64,000 nt of DNA from an uncultured Myxococcales bacterium (GCA_903847405.1 CAINDP010000091.1:789-64788), one strand, 5' to 3'; positions 19,811 to 30,868 are shown, counted from the first letter of the stretch. A program made the numbers and translations. Notes: a model not told the origin generated them from the sequence alone.

Positions 19811-19844
19811 GAGCGGGAAGGATTATAGATTCTCCTTCCCGCTC
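19811..19844 (-). terminator. hairpin immediately downstream of rplQ (candidate operon terminator, no U-tract)
   Basis: Perfect 12-bp stem GAGCGGGAAGGA / TCCTTCCCGCTC with a 10-nt AT-rich loop, 8 nt after the rplQ stop. Confidence 0.4.
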
Positions 19845-19851
19845 GTCAAGA

Positions 19852-20259
19852 TCAATCTTCAGCAGCAGCGGCGCCCTTCGGAGCGTCCACGACGGTCCCG
19901 GGGTGGGCCCCGATGATCTCGACCAGGCACATCAGCGCGGCATCGCCCTTCCGCTGGAACAGCTTGACCGTACGGGTGAAGCCCGACACGCGGTTCGGGA
20001 AGGACTTGCCCCACTTGTCGAACAGCTGCTGCACGGGCAGCGCGCCGAACAGGTCGGCCGCGGCCATGCGCCGGTGGTGCAGATCGCCGATCCGCGCCCA
20101 GCCGATCAGGATGTCCGCGCGCCGCTTCACTTCCTTGGCCTTGGCCTCGGTCGTGATGATGCTGCCGTGCTCGAACAGCGACGACAGGAGGTTCCGGAAC
20201 ATGGCGCGGCGGTGCGACGCCGTCCGTCCGAGCTTGACCTGCTTTCTATTGTGCCGCAT
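19852..20259 (-). CDS. rplQ: 50S ribosomal protein L17
   Basis: MRHNRKQVKLGRTASHRRAMFRNL. Last gene of the alpha operon. Confidence 0.95.
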   Translation of the reverse strand: MRHNRKQVKLGRTASHRRAMFRNLLSSLFEHGSIITTEAKAKEVKRRADILIGWARIGDLHHRRMAAADLFGALPVQQLFDKWGKSFPNRVSGFTRTVKLFQRKGDAALMCLVEIIGAHPGTVVDAPKGAAAAED

Positions 20260-20282
20260 CGTTCAACTCCTCCGAACGCCTC

Positions 20283-20306
20283 GGGGACAGCCTTCAGGCT
20301 GTCCCC
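20283..20306 (-). other. perfect 10-bp hairpin in the rpoA-rplQ spacer
   Basis: GGGGACAGCC-ttca-GGCTGTCCCC, located about 12 nt upstream of the rplQ RBS GGAGGAG. Confidence 0.5.
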
Positions 20307-20360
20307 ACGCCACCGCTGATGTCCGCGTCATTGCGCAGGCCCACCGCGGGCCGCACCGCG

Positions 20361-21386
20361 TCAAACCCGGTTCAACGGGTCGAAGCCTTCGAGCCGCATC
20401 CCCAGGGACAGCCCCAGGTCCTGCAGCACGTCCTTGATTTCCTTCAGAGACTTGCGACCGAAGTTCCGGGTCTTGAGCATTTCCTGCTCGGTCTTCTGCA
20501 CCAGTTCGCCCACGTGGCGGATCCCCGCGTTCTGCAGGCAGTTCTGGGCGCGAACCGACAGGTCCAGTTCCTCGACCAGGCGGTACAGCACGTCCGAGGT
20601 CGCGCCGTCGGCCGTCGCCACCGGGGCTTCGCCATCTTCCAGCGAGGGCATCGCGACCGGACGCATCTCGTCCTCTTCGCTGCCTTCGTCGAAGTTGATG
20701 AAGACCTGGACCTGCTCCTTCATGATCTTGGCAGCGATGGCGACCGCTTCCTGCGGCAGCACGGCGCCGTTGGTCCAGACCTCGAGGGTCAGGCGGTCAT
20801 AGTCCGTCATCTGACCAACGCGGGCGTTGGTGACGCGGTAGTTGACCTTGCGGATCGGCGTGAACACGGCGTCCATCGGGATCGTCCCGAGGGGCGCGTT
20901 CGGATCCTTGCTGCGGTCGGCGGGCTGGTAGCCGAAGCCTTCCTTGACGGTCATTTCCATGTCCAGGACCGCGCCCGGACCCATCTTGCAGACCGTGATC
21001 TCGGGGTTCAGCACCGTGACTTCGGGGCCCTGGAACAGGTCGCCGGCCGTCACGTTCTGCTCGCCTTCCAGGTGGATGTGGACCAGCTTCGGGCCGTCCA
21101 CTTCCAGGCGAAGGTCGATGCTCTTCAGGTTCAGCACGATCTCGGACACGTCCTCGACGATGTCGGGAATCGTGGAGAACTCGTGCAGCACGCCTTCCAC
21201 CTTGATGGACGTCACGGCTGCGCCGCGGACCGTGGACAACAGGATCCGGCGCAGGCTGTTGCCCAGCGTGGTCCCGAAGCCGCGCTCCAGGGGTTCGGCA
21301 ACAAACTTGCCGTAATAGTCGGTCAATGAGTCCGAGTCGACGAGGATCGACCTCGGGCGAATCAGTTCCCGCCAATTCCTTTGCAT
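20361..21386 (-). CDS. rpoA: DNA-directed RNA polymerase alpha subunit
   Basis: [13 protein letters not shown]...[17 protein letters not shown]-terminal domain [21 protein letters not shown]. Confidence 0.95.
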   Translation of the reverse strand: MQRNWRELIRPRSILVDSDSLTDYYGKFVAEPLERGFGTTLGNSLRRILLSTVRGAAVTSIKVEGVLHEFSTIPDIVEDVSEIVLNLKSIDLRLEVDGPKLVHIHLEGEQNVTAGDLFQGPEVTVLNPEITVCKMGPGAVLDMEMTVKEGFGYQPADRSKDPNAPLGTIPMDAVFTPIRKVNYRVTNARVGQMTDYDRLTLEVWTNGAVLPQEAVAIAAKIMKEQVQVFINFDEGSEEDEMRPVAMPSLEDGEAPVATADGATSDVLYRLVEELDLSVRAQNCLQNAGIRHVGELVQKTEQEMLKTRNFGRKSLKEIKDVLQDLGLSLGMRLEGFDPLNRV

Positions 21387-21432
21387 CGTGGCGCCTCCTG
21401 GCTGAAGTCGGTTCGGACTCCCAGCGGGTGTC

Positions 21433-22089
21433 CTACTTGGAGTACAGCTCGACGATCAGCTCCTGCCGGATCGCGCGCCCCTCGACCTCCGCTGCCGGCA
21501 GCAGGTCGGACAGGTCGTCGTGCTCGGGCATCGACGTCACAATGGCCTTCATCTTGGCCCGATCCACTTCCAGCCAACGGACCGTGCGGGTCCGCTCGGC
21601 CACGGCGCCGGCCTCGTTCACGCGCTTGATGCCCGTGGACTTCGGACGGACCTCGACCACGTCCCCCGCCTTCACGATGAAGGAAGGGATGCTGACGCGC
21701 TTGCCGTTCACGTTGACGTGACCGTGGCGAACCAGCTGGCGCGAGTCGTTGCGGTTCACCGCGAACCCGGCGCGGTAGCAGACGTTGTCCAGACGGGTCT
21801 CGAGCAGGCGCAGCAGGTTGTCACCCGTAACGCCCTTCATGCGCTCGGCGCGCTCGAAGAACAGGTGGAACTGCTTCTCGAGCATGCCGTACATGCGGCG
21901 TACCTTCTGCTTTTCCCGCAGCTGGACGCTGTACGGCGTCGGCTTGCTGCGCCGCTGGCCATGCTGGCCCGGGGCGTAGCCGCGACGCGCAAACGAGCAT
22001 TTTTCGGTATGGCACCGCTCGCCCTTCAGGAAGAGCTTCATGCCTTCCCGGCGGCAGATCCTGCACTGACCGTCCGTGTACCTGGCCAC
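21433..22089 (-). CDS. rpsD: 30S ribosomal protein S4 (Zn-ribbon type)
   Basis: MARYTDGQCRICRREGMKLFLKGERC... and YSVQLREKQKVRRMYG. Confidence 0.95.
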   Translation of the reverse strand: MARYTDGQCRICRREGMKLFLKGERCHTEKCSFARRGYAPGQHGQRRSKPTPYSVQLREKQKVRRMYGMLEKQFHLFFERAERMKGVTGDNLLRLLETRLDNVCYRAGFAVNRNDSRQLVRHGHVNVNGKRVSIPSFIVKAGDVVEVRPKSTGIKRVNEAGAVAERTRTVRWLEVDRAKMKAIVTSMPEHDDLSDLLPAAEVEGRAIRQELIVELYSK

Positions 22090-22102
22090 ATCAACCTCCT
22101 GA

Positions 22103-22489
22103 TCAGACCCGACGACGCTTCGGGGGGCGGCACCCGTTGTGCGGGACCGGCGTCACGTCACGGATGTAACTCACGCGCAGACCGGCAGCCGACAGCGCGC
22201 GAATCGCAGACTCGCGACCGCCGCCCGGACCCCGGACGAGGACCTGCACCGACTTCATCCCGACTTCCTGGGCGCGCTTGGCCGCGTCCTCGGCCGCCAT
22301 CTGGGCCGCGAACGGGGTGGACTTGCGCGAGCCCTTGAACCCCCGCCGACCGGCGGAGGACCACGCCACCACCGCGCCATTCGGGTCGGTGATGGTTACG
22401 ATCGTGTTGTTGAAGGTCGCACTGATGTGGACGACGCCCTGCGGCACGTCCTTGCGGACCTTCTTCTTTCCCACCTTCGCCTTGGCCAT
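22103..22489 (-). CDS. rpsK: 30S ribosomal protein S11
   Basis: ATG at 22489. [35 protein letters not shown]. Confidence 0.95.
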   Translation of the reverse strand: MAKAKVGKKKVRKDVPQGVVHISATFNNTIVTITDPNGAVVAWSSAGRRGFKGSRKSTPFAAQMAAEDAAKRAQEVGMKSVQVLVRGPGGGRESAIRALSAAGLRVSYIRDVTPVPHNGCRPPKRRRV

Positions 22490-22502
22490 GGTGTGGATCC
22501 TC

Positions 22503-22871
22503 CTACTTCTTCTTCCGGATCGTCGCGCCGCGCTTGCCCTTGCGGGTACGGGCGTTGGTGTGCGTCCTCTGGCCACGCACGGGCAGACCCTTGCGGTGCC
22601 TGAGGCCCCGGTAGCACCCCATGTCCATCAGGACCTTGATGTTCGCCGACACCTCGCGGCGGAGGTCACCCTCCACCTTGTACCCGGCGTCGATCACCTC
22701 ACGGATGCGAGCGATCTCGCCTTCCGTCAGGTCATCCGTACGCGTCCTGGGATCCACGCCCGCCTGGGCGAGGACCTTCAACGCGTTCGTCGGTCCGATG
22801 CCGTAGATGTACCGGAGGGCGATCCCAACCGGCTTCTTCCTCGGGAGGTCAACACCAGCGATTCGAGCCAT
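22503..22871 (-). CDS. rpsM: 30S ribosomal protein S13
   Basis: ATG at 22871. [26 protein letters not shown]. Confidence 0.95.
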   Translation of the reverse strand: MARIAGVDLPRKKPVGIALRYIYGIGPTNALKVLAQAGVDPRTRTDDLTEGEIARIREVIDAGYKVEGDLRREVSANIKVLMDMGCYRGLRHRKGLPVRGQRTHTNARTRKGKRGATIRKKK

Positions 22872-22894
22872 GACGCCTCCAAATCTCCCTGCAC

Positions 22895-23008
22895 TCAGCC
22901 CTGGCGCTGCTTGTGCCGCGGGTTTTCGCAAATCACCCGCACCACACCGCGGCGCTTGATGATCTTGCACTTCTCGCAAATCTTCTTCACCGAAGCCTTG
23001 ACCTTCAT
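22895..23008 (-). CDS. rpmJ: 50S ribosomal protein L36
   Basis: Not in the ORF track; hand translation gives [37 protein letters not shown]. Confidence 0.9.
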   Translation of the reverse strand: MKVKASVKKICEKCKIIKRRGVVRVICENPRHKQRQG

Positions 23009-23020
23009 GGCCGCCTCCAA

Positions 23021-23239
23021 TTACCGCACCCGGAACACGATCCGCCCACGGGTGACGTCATAGGGCGACAGTTCCACGCGTACCTTGTCCCCGGGCAGGA
23101 TCCGGATGAAGTGCATCCGCATCTTCCCGCAGACGTGTCCCAGCACACGGTGGTTGTTCGCCAGTTCGACACGGAACATCGCGTTCGGGAGCGCCTCGAC
23201 GACGACACCCTCAACCTCGATGGCCTCTTCCTTCGGCAT
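23021..23239 (-). CDS. infA: translation initiation factor IF-1
   Basis: [41 protein letters not shown]. Confidence 0.95.
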   Translation of the reverse strand: MPKEEAIEVEGVVVEALPNAMFRVELANNHRVLGHVCGKMRMHFIRILPGDKVRVELSPYDVTRGRIVFRVR

Positions 23240-23305
23240 CCAGGACCCCTTCGTTTCAGGAAACTCGTATCCAATCCGGGACGACCAGGTCGGCCCAGGT
23301 CAGGC

Positions 23306-24646
23306 CTACCCGTTGTCCCGCCGGCCGCGAACCCGCGGACCATGAGCACCAGCGAAACCTTCGTACGAACGGCTGATCAGGTGCGACTCGATCTGGCCCG
23401 CAGTGTCCATGGCCACGCCGACGACGATCAGCAGCGAGGTGCCGCCGAAGTAGAACGGCACCGAGTAGTGCGACTGCAGAATGGTCGGCAGCACGCAGAT
23501 CCCGCTGATGTAGATCGCGCCGCCCACGGTGATCCGGGACAGGACGCGATCGATGTAGTCCGCCGTGGCCTTGCCGGCACGGATGCCAGGCACGAAGCCG
23601 CCGTTCTTCTTCAGGTTGTCCGCCACGTCTACCGGGTTGAAGGTCACCGCGGTGTAGAAGAAGGCGAAGAACACGATCAGGCCGATATAGATCACGTTGT
23701 ACAGCAGGTTCCCGGGAACCAGCGAGTTCTGCATCCACGAAACCCACGACGCGCCGGGGAACAGGTTGGACAGCGTCGCCGGGAACATCAGGATGGAGGA
23801 CGCGAAGATCGGCGGGATGACGCCCGCGGTATTGACCTTCAGGGGCAGGTACGTCGTCTGGCCGCCGTACAGCTTGCGCCCTACGACCTTCTTGGCGTAC
23901 TGCACCGGGATGCGCCTTTGACCGCGTTCGAAGAACACGATCACGCCCATCGTGACCAGGACCATCAGGAGGATCAGCACCAGGGTCAGGGGCTCCAGGC
24001 GCCCGCCGGCCAGCGTGGACAGCGAGAAGGTCTGGACGACGGCCTCGGGGAGGCGCGCCACGATGCCCGCGAAGATGATCAGGGACACGCCGTTGCCGAT
24101 GCCGCGTTCCGTGATGGATTCGCCCATCCACATCAGCAGCATGGTTCCGGTGGTCAGCGACAACACCGTCAGGAACTTGAACAGGAAGGACGACATCCGA
24201 ACGACGTTTTCGGTGCCGGCCTGGGAGTTCAAGGACTGCAGCCACACCGCGATGCCGACGCCCTGGATGGCGGCGAGGATCACGGCGGAGTACCGCGTGT
24301 ACTGGTTGATCTTGCGACGACCGGCGTCGCCCTCCTTCTGCAACCGCTCCAGGGCCGGGACGACCACGGCCAGGAGCTGGAAGATGATGGAGGCACTGAT
24401 GTACGGCATGACACCCAGGGCGAAGATCGACATCTGCGAGATGGCGCCGCCCGAGAACATGTCGAACATGCCCAGCAGACCGGTCTGGCCAAACTTTACG
24501 TAGTTGGCCATGATCTCGCGGTCAACGCCGGGAACCGTGACGAAGATACCGATGCGATACACCGCCAGCATTCCCAGCGTGTACAGCAACCGCTTGCGCA
24601 GCTCGGGGACCTTTCCGAGTCCTTCCAGGCTGTGGGCCACGTTCAA
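23306..24646 (-). CDS. secY: preprotein translocase subunit SecY
   Basis: 446 aa and multi-TM. Motifs [46 protein letters not shown]. Confidence 0.95.
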   Translation of the reverse strand: MNVAHSLEGLGKVPELRKRLLYTLGMLAVYRIGIFVTVPGVDREIMANYVKFGQTGLLGMFDMFSGGAISQMSIFALGVMPYISASIIFQLLAVVVPALERLQKEGDAGRRKINQYTRYSAVILAAIQGVGIAVWLQSLNSQAGTENVVRMSSFLFKFLTVLSLTTGTMLLMWMGESITERGIGNGVSLIIFAGIVARLPEAVVQTFSLSTLAGGRLEPLTLVLILLMVLVTMGVIVFFERGQRRIPVQYAKKVVGRKLYGGQTTYLPLKVNTAGVIPPIFASSILMFPATLSNLFPGASWVSWMQNSLVPGNLLYNVIYIGLIVFFAFFYTAVTFNPVDVADNLKKNGGFVPGIRAGKATADYIDRVLSRITVGGAIYISGICVLPTILQSHYSVPFYFGGTSLLIVVGVAMDTAGQIESHLISRSYEGFAGAHGPRVRGRRDNG

Positions 24647-24666
24647 CCCTCCGACGCAGGGGCGAT

Positions 24667-25134
24667 CTACGCCTCGACGTCCTCGATCTCGACCACCAGG
24701 CGCGCCGTGCCGCCCGCCGCCTCGATCTTCTGGCGAGCCGCCTCGCTGAACGCGTGGGCGACAACTTCCAGCTTCTTGGTCACTTCACCGGTGCCCAGGA
24801 CCTTGACCCCGTCGCCAATCTTGCGGACGAGGCCCGAGGCCAGAAGGGACGCCGGATCAACATGGGTGCCTTCCGGGAAGATATCCAGGGAGCCCACGTT
24901 GACCACCGAGAACTCGATGTGGTTCAGCGGCCGGAAGCCGATCTTCGGCAGGCGGCGCTGCAAGGGCATCTGGCCACCCTCGAAGTACGCGGGACGACCC
25001 TTGCCCGTGCGGGCGCCGGTTCCCTTGTGGCCGCGACCTGACGTCTTGCCGAGTCCGGATCCGTAGCCGCGACCAACGCGCTTGCGCGTCTTGGTCGAGC
25101 CGGGGATCGGCGACAGGTGCGAAAGTTCCTTCAT
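24667..25134 (-). CDS. rplO: 50S ribosomal protein L15
   Basis: [20 protein letters not shown] and [14 protein letters not shown]. Confidence 0.95.
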   Translation of the reverse strand: MKELSHLSPIPGSTKTRKRVGRGYGSGLGKTSGRGHKGTGARTGKGRPAYFEGGQMPLQRRLPKIGFRPLNHIEFSVVNVGSLDIFPEGTHVDPASLLASGLVRKIGDGVKVLGTGEVTKKLEVVAHAFSEAARQKIEAAGGTARLVVEIEDVEA

Positions 25135-25634
25135 CGCGAAACCTCCTGAACAAGGCCGCGCTTCTCCGCGACCTCTTCCGGCGTCATCAGCAGGCGAAGG
25201 CCCGCGATCGTCGCCCGGACGACGTTGTGCGCGTTCCGGCTGCCGACGTTCTTCGCCAGCACGTCCTTCACGCCCGCCGCCGCCAGGACCGCGCGAGTCG
25301 CGCCGCCGGCGATGAGGCCGGTACCGGCCGAAGCCGGACGCATGACCACGAGGCCCGCGCCGTAGTGGCCGACGACTTCGTGCGGGAGGGTGTCGCCGAA
25401 CAGGGGCACGCGAATCATGTTCTTCTTCGCGTGCTCGCTGCCCTTGCGGATGGCCTCCGGAACTTCCTGGGCCTTGCCCAGGCCGAACCCGACCAACCCC
25501 TCGCCGTTGCCGATCACGACCAGCGCCGCGAACGAAAACCGGCGTCCGCCCTTGACCACCTTGGCCACGCGGCCGAGGTGGACGATGTGCTCGGAGAACT
25601 CGAGTTTCTCCTGGACCTGATTATCAGCGCTCAA
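25131..25634 (-). CDS. rpsE: 30S ribosomal protein S5
   Basis: [38 protein letters not shown]. Overlaps the rplO start by 4 nt. Confidence 0.95.
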   Translation of the reverse strand: MSADNQVQEKLEFSEHIVHLGRVAKVVKGGRRFSFAALVVIGNGEGLVGFGLGKAQEVPEAIRKGSEHAKKNMIRVPLFGDTLPHEVVGHYGAGLVVMRPASAGTGLIAGGATRAVLAAAGVKDVLAKNVGSRNAHNVVRATIAGLRLLMTPEEVAEKRGLVQEVSR

Positions 25635-25650
25635 GACGCCACCTCCTGGG

Positions 25651-26025
25651 TCAGAACTTCAGGCCCGCTTCCCTGGCCGCATCCGCCATCGCCGCAATAC
25701 GGCCGTGGTACAGGAAGCCGTTTCGATCGAAGACGACGGTATCGACCCCGGCCGCCTTGCAGCGTTCGGCGATCATCAAACCGACCTTCTTCGCGACGTC
25801 CATCTTGCTGGCGTCCGGGTTGCCCACCGCGAACTCCTTGCCTTCCGAGGTCGCGGAGCACAGCGTCCGGCCGGCGTCATCGTCGATGACCTGGCAGGAG
25901 ATGTGCTTGGTGCTGCGGAAGACGACCAGGCGGGGCCGTGCCTGGCTCCCCGAGACCTTCTTCCGGATCCGCGCCTTACGATTCAGCCGGGCTTCGAGCC
26001 GGCGCTTCGCGTTCTGAACTTCCAC
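25651..26025 (-). CDS. rplR: 50S ribosomal protein L18
   Basis: [20 protein letters not shown] and [19 protein letters not shown]. Confidence 0.95.
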   Translation of the reverse strand: MEVQNAKRRLEARLNRKARIRKKVSGSQARPRLVVFRSTKHISCQVIDDDAGRTLCSATSEGKEFAVGNPDASKMDVAKKVGLMIAERCKAAGVDTVVFDRNGFLYHGRIAAMADAAREAGLKF

Positions 26026-26039
26026 GTTGCCCTCCGAAG

Positions 26040-26579
26040 CTACTTGGCGCCCGCCTTGCCGGCCTTGCGCTTGATCTTCTCGCCCAGGTAGGCAACGCCC
26101 TTGCCCTTGTAGGGCTCGATCTCGCGCAGCGCGCGGATCTTGGCGGCCGTGTCCCCCAGGGACTCCTTGTTGATGCTCTTCAGCAAGATCTTCGTTCCCT
26201 TGTCCTCGACCGTCGCCGTGACGTCAGCCGCGAGGGGGAAGTTGACCGGCTTCGAGTATCCGAGGTACAGGGTCAGGCCCGTTGCCACGAGTTCGACCTT
26301 GTAGCCCGTACCCGTGATCACCAGCGTCTTGGAAAAACCCTTGCTGACGCCGTCGACCATGTTGGCCACCAACGTCCGCATCAGGCCGTGCAGCGACGCC
26401 GCCTTGACGTGGGTCGGGTCCGGGTGGACCACGATTTCCGTCTTTTCCACGGCGAGCGTCACACCCAGCATGTCCCGGGACAGGACGCCCAGGGGGCCCT
26501 TGGCCGTGACGGTCGGGCCTACGACCTTGATTTCCACGCCGGTCGGTACCGGGATGGGCTTCTTACCGATTCGCGACAC
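26040..26579 (-). CDS. rplF: 50S ribosomal protein L6
   Basis: GTG start after GGAGGG. MSRIGKKPIPVPTGVEIKV and EPYKGKGV. Confidence 0.95.
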   Translation of the reverse strand: MSRIGKKPIPVPTGVEIKVVGPTVTAKGPLGVLSRDMLGVTLAVEKTEIVVHPDPTHVKAASLHGLMRTLVANMVDGVSKGFSKTLVITGTGYKVELVATGLTLYLGYSKPVNFPLAADVTATVEDKGTKILLKSINKESLGDTAAKIRALREIEPYKGKGVAYLGEKIKRKAGKAGAK

Positions 26580-26679
26580 GGTACCCTCCGCATTCGTCAG
26601 TGCTGCACGAACGGTCAGCGCGCTGCCGTCCTCGCCACACCGCGCCCGTCAATCCCGGCCAGCCGGGATCCGCCGGGCC

Positions 26680-27075
26680 TCACCAGATCGTCAGCAGGAC
26701 CTCGCCGCCGATGCCCAGCTTCCGGGCTTCGGCGTCCACCATCAACCCCTGGGGGGTCGAAAGGATGGCCAGGCCCAGGCCGCGCTTCACGCGAGGGATC
26801 TCGCGGTGGCCGACGTAGACCCGACGGCCCGGCTTGCTCTCGCGACGGATACCGGCGATCGCGGGCCGCTTCGGCGCCACGTACTTCAGGTAGATCTTGA
26901 GGATCCCCTGGAGTCGGTCTTCCATCACCGAGCAGTCCTCGATGTAGCCCTGCTGCTTCAGGATTTCAGCAATCCGTCGCTTCACGTTGGAGTTGGGCAT
27001 CTCCAGCGACGGGAATCCGGCCTGAATGGCGTTCCGGATCCGGGTCAGCATGTCCCCGATGGGATCGGTCGTCAT
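26680..27075 (-). CDS. rpsH: 30S ribosomal protein S8
   Basis: [16 protein letters not shown] and GEVLLTIW. Confidence 0.95.
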   Translation of the reverse strand: MTTDPIGDMLTRIRNAIQAGFPSLEMPNSNVKRRIAEILKQQGYIEDCSVMEDRLQGILKIYLKYVAPKRPAIAGIRRESKPGRRVYVGHREIPRVKRGLGLAILSTPQGLMVDAEARKLGIGGEVLLTIW

Positions 27076-27087
27076 GGCAACGCTCTC

Positions 27088-27273
27088 CTACCAGCTGGCC
27101 TTGATCACGCCGGGAAGGTCCCCGCGCAGCGCCGCGTTACGGAAGCAGATGCGGCACATGTTGAACTTCCGATAGTACGCATGGGCGCGCCCGCACAGGG
27201 GGCAGCGCCGATAGGCGCGCACCTTGAACTTGGGCTTCCGGGTCGCCTTGATCCTCAACGACGTCTTAGCCAC
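27088..27273 (-). CDS. rpsN: 30S ribosomal protein S14 (short Zn-binding type Z)
   Basis: 61 aa with [20 protein letters not shown]. Confidence 0.95.
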   Translation of the reverse strand: MAKTSLRIKATRKPKFKVRAYRRCPLCGRAHAYYRKFNMCRICFRNAALRGDLPGVIKASW

Positions 27274-27285
27274 GCCTCAACCTCC

Positions 27286-27831
27286 TCACGCCTGCTTCCG
27301 GAAGGGCATCCCCATCCCCTTCAGCAGGGCGAACGCCTCTTCGTCGGTGCCGGCGCTCGTCCCGATGGTGATGTTCATCCCCTTGTACTTCTCGACCTTG
27401 TCATAGTCGATCTCGGGGAAGATGATCTGCTCGCGCAGGCCCAGCGTGTAATCCCCATGACCGTCAAAGGCCTTGGTGGGAACGCCACGGAAGTCGCGCA
27501 CGCGGGGCAAAGCAACGTTCAGCAGCCGATCCAGGAACTCGAACATCCGCACGCCACGCAGCGTCACGGAGCATCCGACGGCATTTCCCTGCCGGACCTT
27601 GAAGGCCGCGATGGACTTGCGGCACTTCGTCACGACAGGCTTCTGGCCCGCGATCAGGGCCAGCTCGCCAACCGAAGTCTCGATCAACTTCGGGTTGTGC
27701 GTCGCCTCGCCCAGACCCATGTTCAGGGTCACCTTGAGGAGCCGCGGGACCTGAAGGCGGTTCTTATAACCGAACTGCGCCATCAGGACCGGCACTACCT
27801 CGTCCTCGTACTTTTTCCGCATTCTGGTCAT
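27286..27831 (-). CDS. rplE: 50S ribosomal protein L5
   Basis: [15 protein letters not shown] and [28 protein letters not shown]. Confidence 0.95.
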   Translation of the reverse strand: MTRMRKKYEDEVVPVLMAQFGYKNRLQVPRLLKVTLNMGLGEATHNPKLIETSVGELALIAGQKPVVTKCRKSIAAFKVRQGNAVGCSVTLRGVRMFEFLDRLLNVALPRVRDFRGVPTKAFDGHGDYTLGLREQIIFPEIDYDKVEKYKGMNITIGTSAGTDEEAFALLKGMGMPFRKQA

Positions 27832-27870
27832 CGTTCCTACCCCGCTCGCGCCGGGAGGCCTTGCGGCCCC

Positions 27871-28197
27871 CTAGTCGAAGACCTCGCCCGTCCGGGCGGC
27901 GACGCGAACCTTCCGCGTCTTGCCGGCCGTCTCGCGCAACTCGATGTGGGTCCGCACCGGCTTGCCGTCCTTCTTGCTCACCAGGGCCAGGGCCGCCATC
28001 GGAATCGGCGCCGGCTTCTCGATGATCCCGGCCTTCAGGTTCTTCGCCGAGCGCTTCTGGTGCTTCTTGCACAGGTTCAGCCCATCGACGATGGCCCGCC
28101 CCTTCTCGAGATCCACTTCCAGGATGCGGCCCTTCGAGCCGGCGTCCTTTCCGCGGAGCACCACGACTTCGTCGTCCTTCCGGATCTTCTGCATCAC
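27871..28197 (-). CDS. rplX: 50S ribosomal protein L24
   Basis: [28 protein letters not shown]. Confidence 0.95.
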   Translation of the reverse strand: MMQKIRKDDEVVVLRGKDAGSKGRILEVDLEKGRAIVDGLNLCKKHQKRSAKNLKAGIIEKPAPIPMAALALVSKKDGKPVRTHIELRETAGKTRKVRVAARTGEVFD

Positions 28198-28562
28198 AGC
28201 ACCTCCGGGGCCAGCGACACGATCTTCATGAACTTCTTGGCGCGAAGTTCACGAGCGACTGGCCCGAAGATACGGGTGCCGATCGGCTCCATCGCCGCGT
28301 TCACGAGAACGGCCGCATTCTGATCGAAACGGATATAGGTGCCGTCCGCGCGGCCGACTTCCTTCGCCGTCCGCACGATGACGCACTTCACGACGTCGCC
28401 CTTCTTCACCTTGGCGCGCGGCAGGGCCTCCCGGACGGAGACCACCACGATATCGCCCAGGCTGGCGCTCTTGCGGCCCGACCCGCCCAGGCAACGGATC
28501 ACCTGGAGGAGCTTGGCGCCCGAGTTGTCTGCCGAGATCAGGTAACTTTCCTGCTGGACCAT
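28194..28562 (-). CDS. rplN: 50S ribosomal protein L14
   Basis: [17 protein letters not shown] and [11 protein letters not shown]. Confidence 0.95.
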   Translation of the reverse strand: MVQQESYLISADNSGAKLLQVIRCLGGSGRKSASLGDIVVVSVREALPRAKVKKGDVVKCVIVRTAKEVGRADGTYIRFDQNAAVLVNAAMEPIGTRIFGPVARELRAKKFMKIVSLAPEVL

Positions 28563-28605
28563 CAGTCACCTCGCCCAATCGGAACCCGCGATGCGAGCGC
28601 CGCTC

Positions 28606-28875
28606 TCAATCCTCGGCCTTCGACCCGGAGACCACGCGCCACCGCTTGCGCGCCGACAGGGGCCGGCTTTCTTCGATGGTGACCGCGTCGCCCACCGCGC
28701 ACTTGCAGTGCTCGTCGTGGGCCATGTACTTGGTCACCCGCGTGATGTACTTGTGGAACTTCGGGTGCTCGAACTTCCGCGCCACCTCGACGACGATCGA
28801 CTTCAGGCCCGCGACGGACGTCACGGTGCCCGCGACTTGCCGCTTCCGACGGATCGGTGTGGTATCCAGTTCCAT
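28606..28875 (-). CDS. rpsQ: 30S ribosomal protein S17
   Basis: ATG at 28875 after GAGGG (an alternative GTG at 28887 overlaps the rpmC stop). GTVTSVAGLKSIVVEVARKFEHPKFHKY. Confidence 0.9.
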   Translation of the reverse strand: MELDTTPIRRKRQVAGTVTSVAGLKSIVVEVARKFEHPKFHKYITRVTKYMAHDEHCKCAVGDAVTIEESRPLSARKRWRVVSGSKAED

Positions 28876-28883
28876 CGCTGCCC

Positions 28884-29090
28884 TCACTGCGCGGCCTCAT
28901 GCCGCCGGTTCTGCTCGGTCAGGATCCGCGCCAGGTTCCGCTTCGTCGCGGTGATGTCCGCCATCTTGGACATCTGTCCCGTGGCCAGCCGCATGCGGAT
29001 CTTGAACAGCGACTCCCGAAGTTCCTTTTCGCGAGCCAGGAGCTCCTCGACGGTGAGGGCCCGCAACTCCTCGGTCTTCAGCGCCTTCAT
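28884..29090 (-). CDS. rpmC: 50S ribosomal protein L29
   Basis: ATG at 29090. [39 protein letters not shown]. Confidence 0.9.
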   Translation of the reverse strand: MKALKTEELRALTVEELLAREKELRESLFKIRMRLATGQMSKMADITATKRNLARILTEQNRRHEAAQ

Positions 29091-29503
29091 CGGATCTCCC
29101 CCCGCTTCAGCACCTTCGTGTGGAGTGGAAGCTTGTGGGACGCCAGGCGGAACGCCTCGCGAGCCACGGCTTCTTCCACGCCTTCCAGTTCGTACAGCAC
29201 CTTGCCGGGGCGGATCACGGCGACCCACTGCTCGGGAGCGCCCTTGCCGCGACCCATGCGGGTCTCGAGGGGCTTCTTCGAGATGGGCTTGTCCGGGAAG
29301 ATCCGGATCCACACCTGGCCACCGCGCTTGACATAGCGGGTCAAGGCAATACGACCGGCTTCGATCTGCCGGGCCGTAAGCCAACCGCACTCGGTCGCCT
29401 GCAGGCCGTACTCGCCGAACGAAACCTCGGAGCCGCGGTAAGCGGTTCCGCGCATCCGGCCCTTCTGCTGCTTCCGGAACTTCATTCTCGACGGGGACAG
29501 CAT
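29087..29503 (-). CDS. rplP: 50S ribosomal protein L16
   Basis: [19 protein letters not shown] and RMGRGKG. Confidence 0.95.
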   Translation of the reverse strand: MLSPSRMKFRKQQKGRMRGTAYRGSEVSFGEYGLQATECGWLTARQIEAGRIALTRYVKRGGQVWIRIFPDKPISKKPLETRMGRGKGAPEQWVAVIRPGKVLYELEGVEEAVAREAFRLASHKLPLHTKVLKRGEIR

Positions 29504-29576
29504 CGGTCGTCCTCCCGCTGGCGGCCCCTGCCACCGCGCGTTCCGGGTCGCGGCAAATCCGCCGCGCCCGACTTCC

Positions 29577-30206
29577 TCACTTCTTCAGGATGTCGCCCTT
29601 GAAGATCCACGTCTTGACGCCGATGACCCCGTAGGTCGTCTGCGCCTGGGCGAATCCGTAGTCCAGGTCCGCACGGATCGTGTGCAGCGGCACGCGACCT
29701 TCACGGTACTGGAGGACGCGGGACATTTCCGCGCCACCCAGACGACCCGAGCAGCGAATCTTGATCCCCTTGCCGCCCAGCTTCATCGCCTGCGTCACGG
29801 CGCGCTTGGTGGCGCGACGGAACGACACGCGGCGCTCGAGCTGCTGCGCAACGGACTCGGCGACCAGCTGCGCATCCAGTTCCGCCTTGCGGACTTCCTG
29901 GATGTAGGGCACGACTTCGAGGGACGTGAGCTTCGTCAGCTCGCGCTTCAGGTCCTCGATGTTCTCGCCCTTGCGGCCGATGGCGATGCCGGGACGCGCC
30001 GTGTAGATGTAGACCTTGACCTTGTTCGCCGTCCGCTCGATCTGGACCGAGGAGATCCCCGCGGCGCCCATCTTGTGGCGGACCATGTCGCGAATCTTCA
30101 TGTCGTCGCGGGCCCACAGACCGTAGTTCCGGTCCGCGTACCAGCGGCTGTTCCAGGTCTTCACGTAGGGGATCCGAAATCCCACCGGATGAACTTTCTG
30201 GCCCAC
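29577..30206 (-). CDS. rpsC: 30S ribosomal protein S3
   Basis: [24 protein letters not shown]; KH domain and [10 protein letters not shown]. Confidence 0.95.
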   Translation of the reverse strand: MGQKVHPVGFRIPYVKTWNSRWYADRNYGLWARDDMKIRDMVRHKMGAAGISSVQIERTANKVKVYIYTARPGIAIGRKGENIEDLKRELTKLTSLEVVPYIQEVRKAELDAQLVAESVAQQLERRVSFRRATKRAVTQAMKLGGKGIKIRCSGRLGGAEMSRVLQYREGRVPLHTIRADLDYGFAQAQTTYGVIGVKTWIFKGDILKK

Positions 30207-30215
30207 GAGGTCCTC

Positions 30216-30560
30216 CTACTCCAGTTCCCCAAGCACCACGGTGATGTGGCTGGTGAACTTGTGGATCTTCGTCACGATGCCACGAGCCCGCGACAGGCCG
30301 CGCTTCAGGGCCGGCCCCTGGTCGACGTAGATTTCCTTCACGAACAGGCTGTCCAGGTCGAAGTTCCCCGCCTGCTTCGCCGCGTCGATGGCGGTGTTCA
30401 ACACCTTCGACACCGGGCGAACCGCACGGCGGGTGATGAACGACAGCACGGCGTTCGCCTCGTCCACGCGCTTGCCGCGGATCGCGTTGGCGACCACACG
30501 GACCTTGCGGGGAGCCATCCGGATGTAGCGGGCCTTGGCCCTTACCACGTGTTCTTCCAT
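30216..30560 (-). CDS. rplV: 50S ribosomal protein L22
   Basis: ATG at 30560 after GGTGGGAG. MEEHVVRAKARYIRMAPRKVRVVANAIRGK. Confidence 0.9.
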   Translation of the reverse strand: MEEHVVRAKARYIRMAPRKVRVVANAIRGKRVDEANAVLSFITRRAVRPVSKVLNTAIDAAKQAGNFDLDSLFVKEIYVDQGPALKRGLSRARGIVTKIHKFTSHITVVLGELE

Positions 30561-30571
30561 CGCTCCCACCT

Positions 30572-30868
30572 CTACTTGCCGCCCTTCTTGTCGACCTTGC
30601 CCTTCTTGTCACCGCCGGAATGGCCGTGGAAGGTGCGGGTCGGGGCAAACTCGCCCAGCTTGTGGCCGACCATGTTTTCCGTCACGAAGACGGGGATGAA
30701 CTTCTTGCCGTTATGAACGGCGAAGTTGAATCCAACCATCTCGGGAAGGATCACGGACCGGCGAGACCATGTCTTGATGGTCTTCTTCTGGCCGGACCGC
30801 AAAGATCCTTCGATCTTCTCGATCAGGTGCGTGTCCACGAACGGGCCCTTCTTAACGCTCCGCGGCAT
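30572..30868 (-). CDS. rpsS: 30S ribosomal protein S19
   Basis: [12 protein letters not shown] and [30 protein letters not shown]. Confidence 0.95.
   Translation of the reverse strand: MPRSVKKGPFVDTHLIEKIEGSLRSGQKKTIKTWSRRSVILPEMVGFNFAVHNGKKFIPVFVTENMVGHKLGEFAPTRTFHGHSGGDKKGKVDKKGGK

Noticed and set aside
20283-20290. The 8-mer GGGGACAG / CTGTCCCC recurs in several intergenic hairpins (13569, 13663, 20283, 20299, 36189, 58910), suggesting one extended family.
   Set aside because: A rough composition-based expectation for such a GC-rich 8-mer in 128 kb of both strands is several hits. At least one copy lies inside rplP coding sequence (about 29494). Only the 18-23-nt matches are treated as significant.
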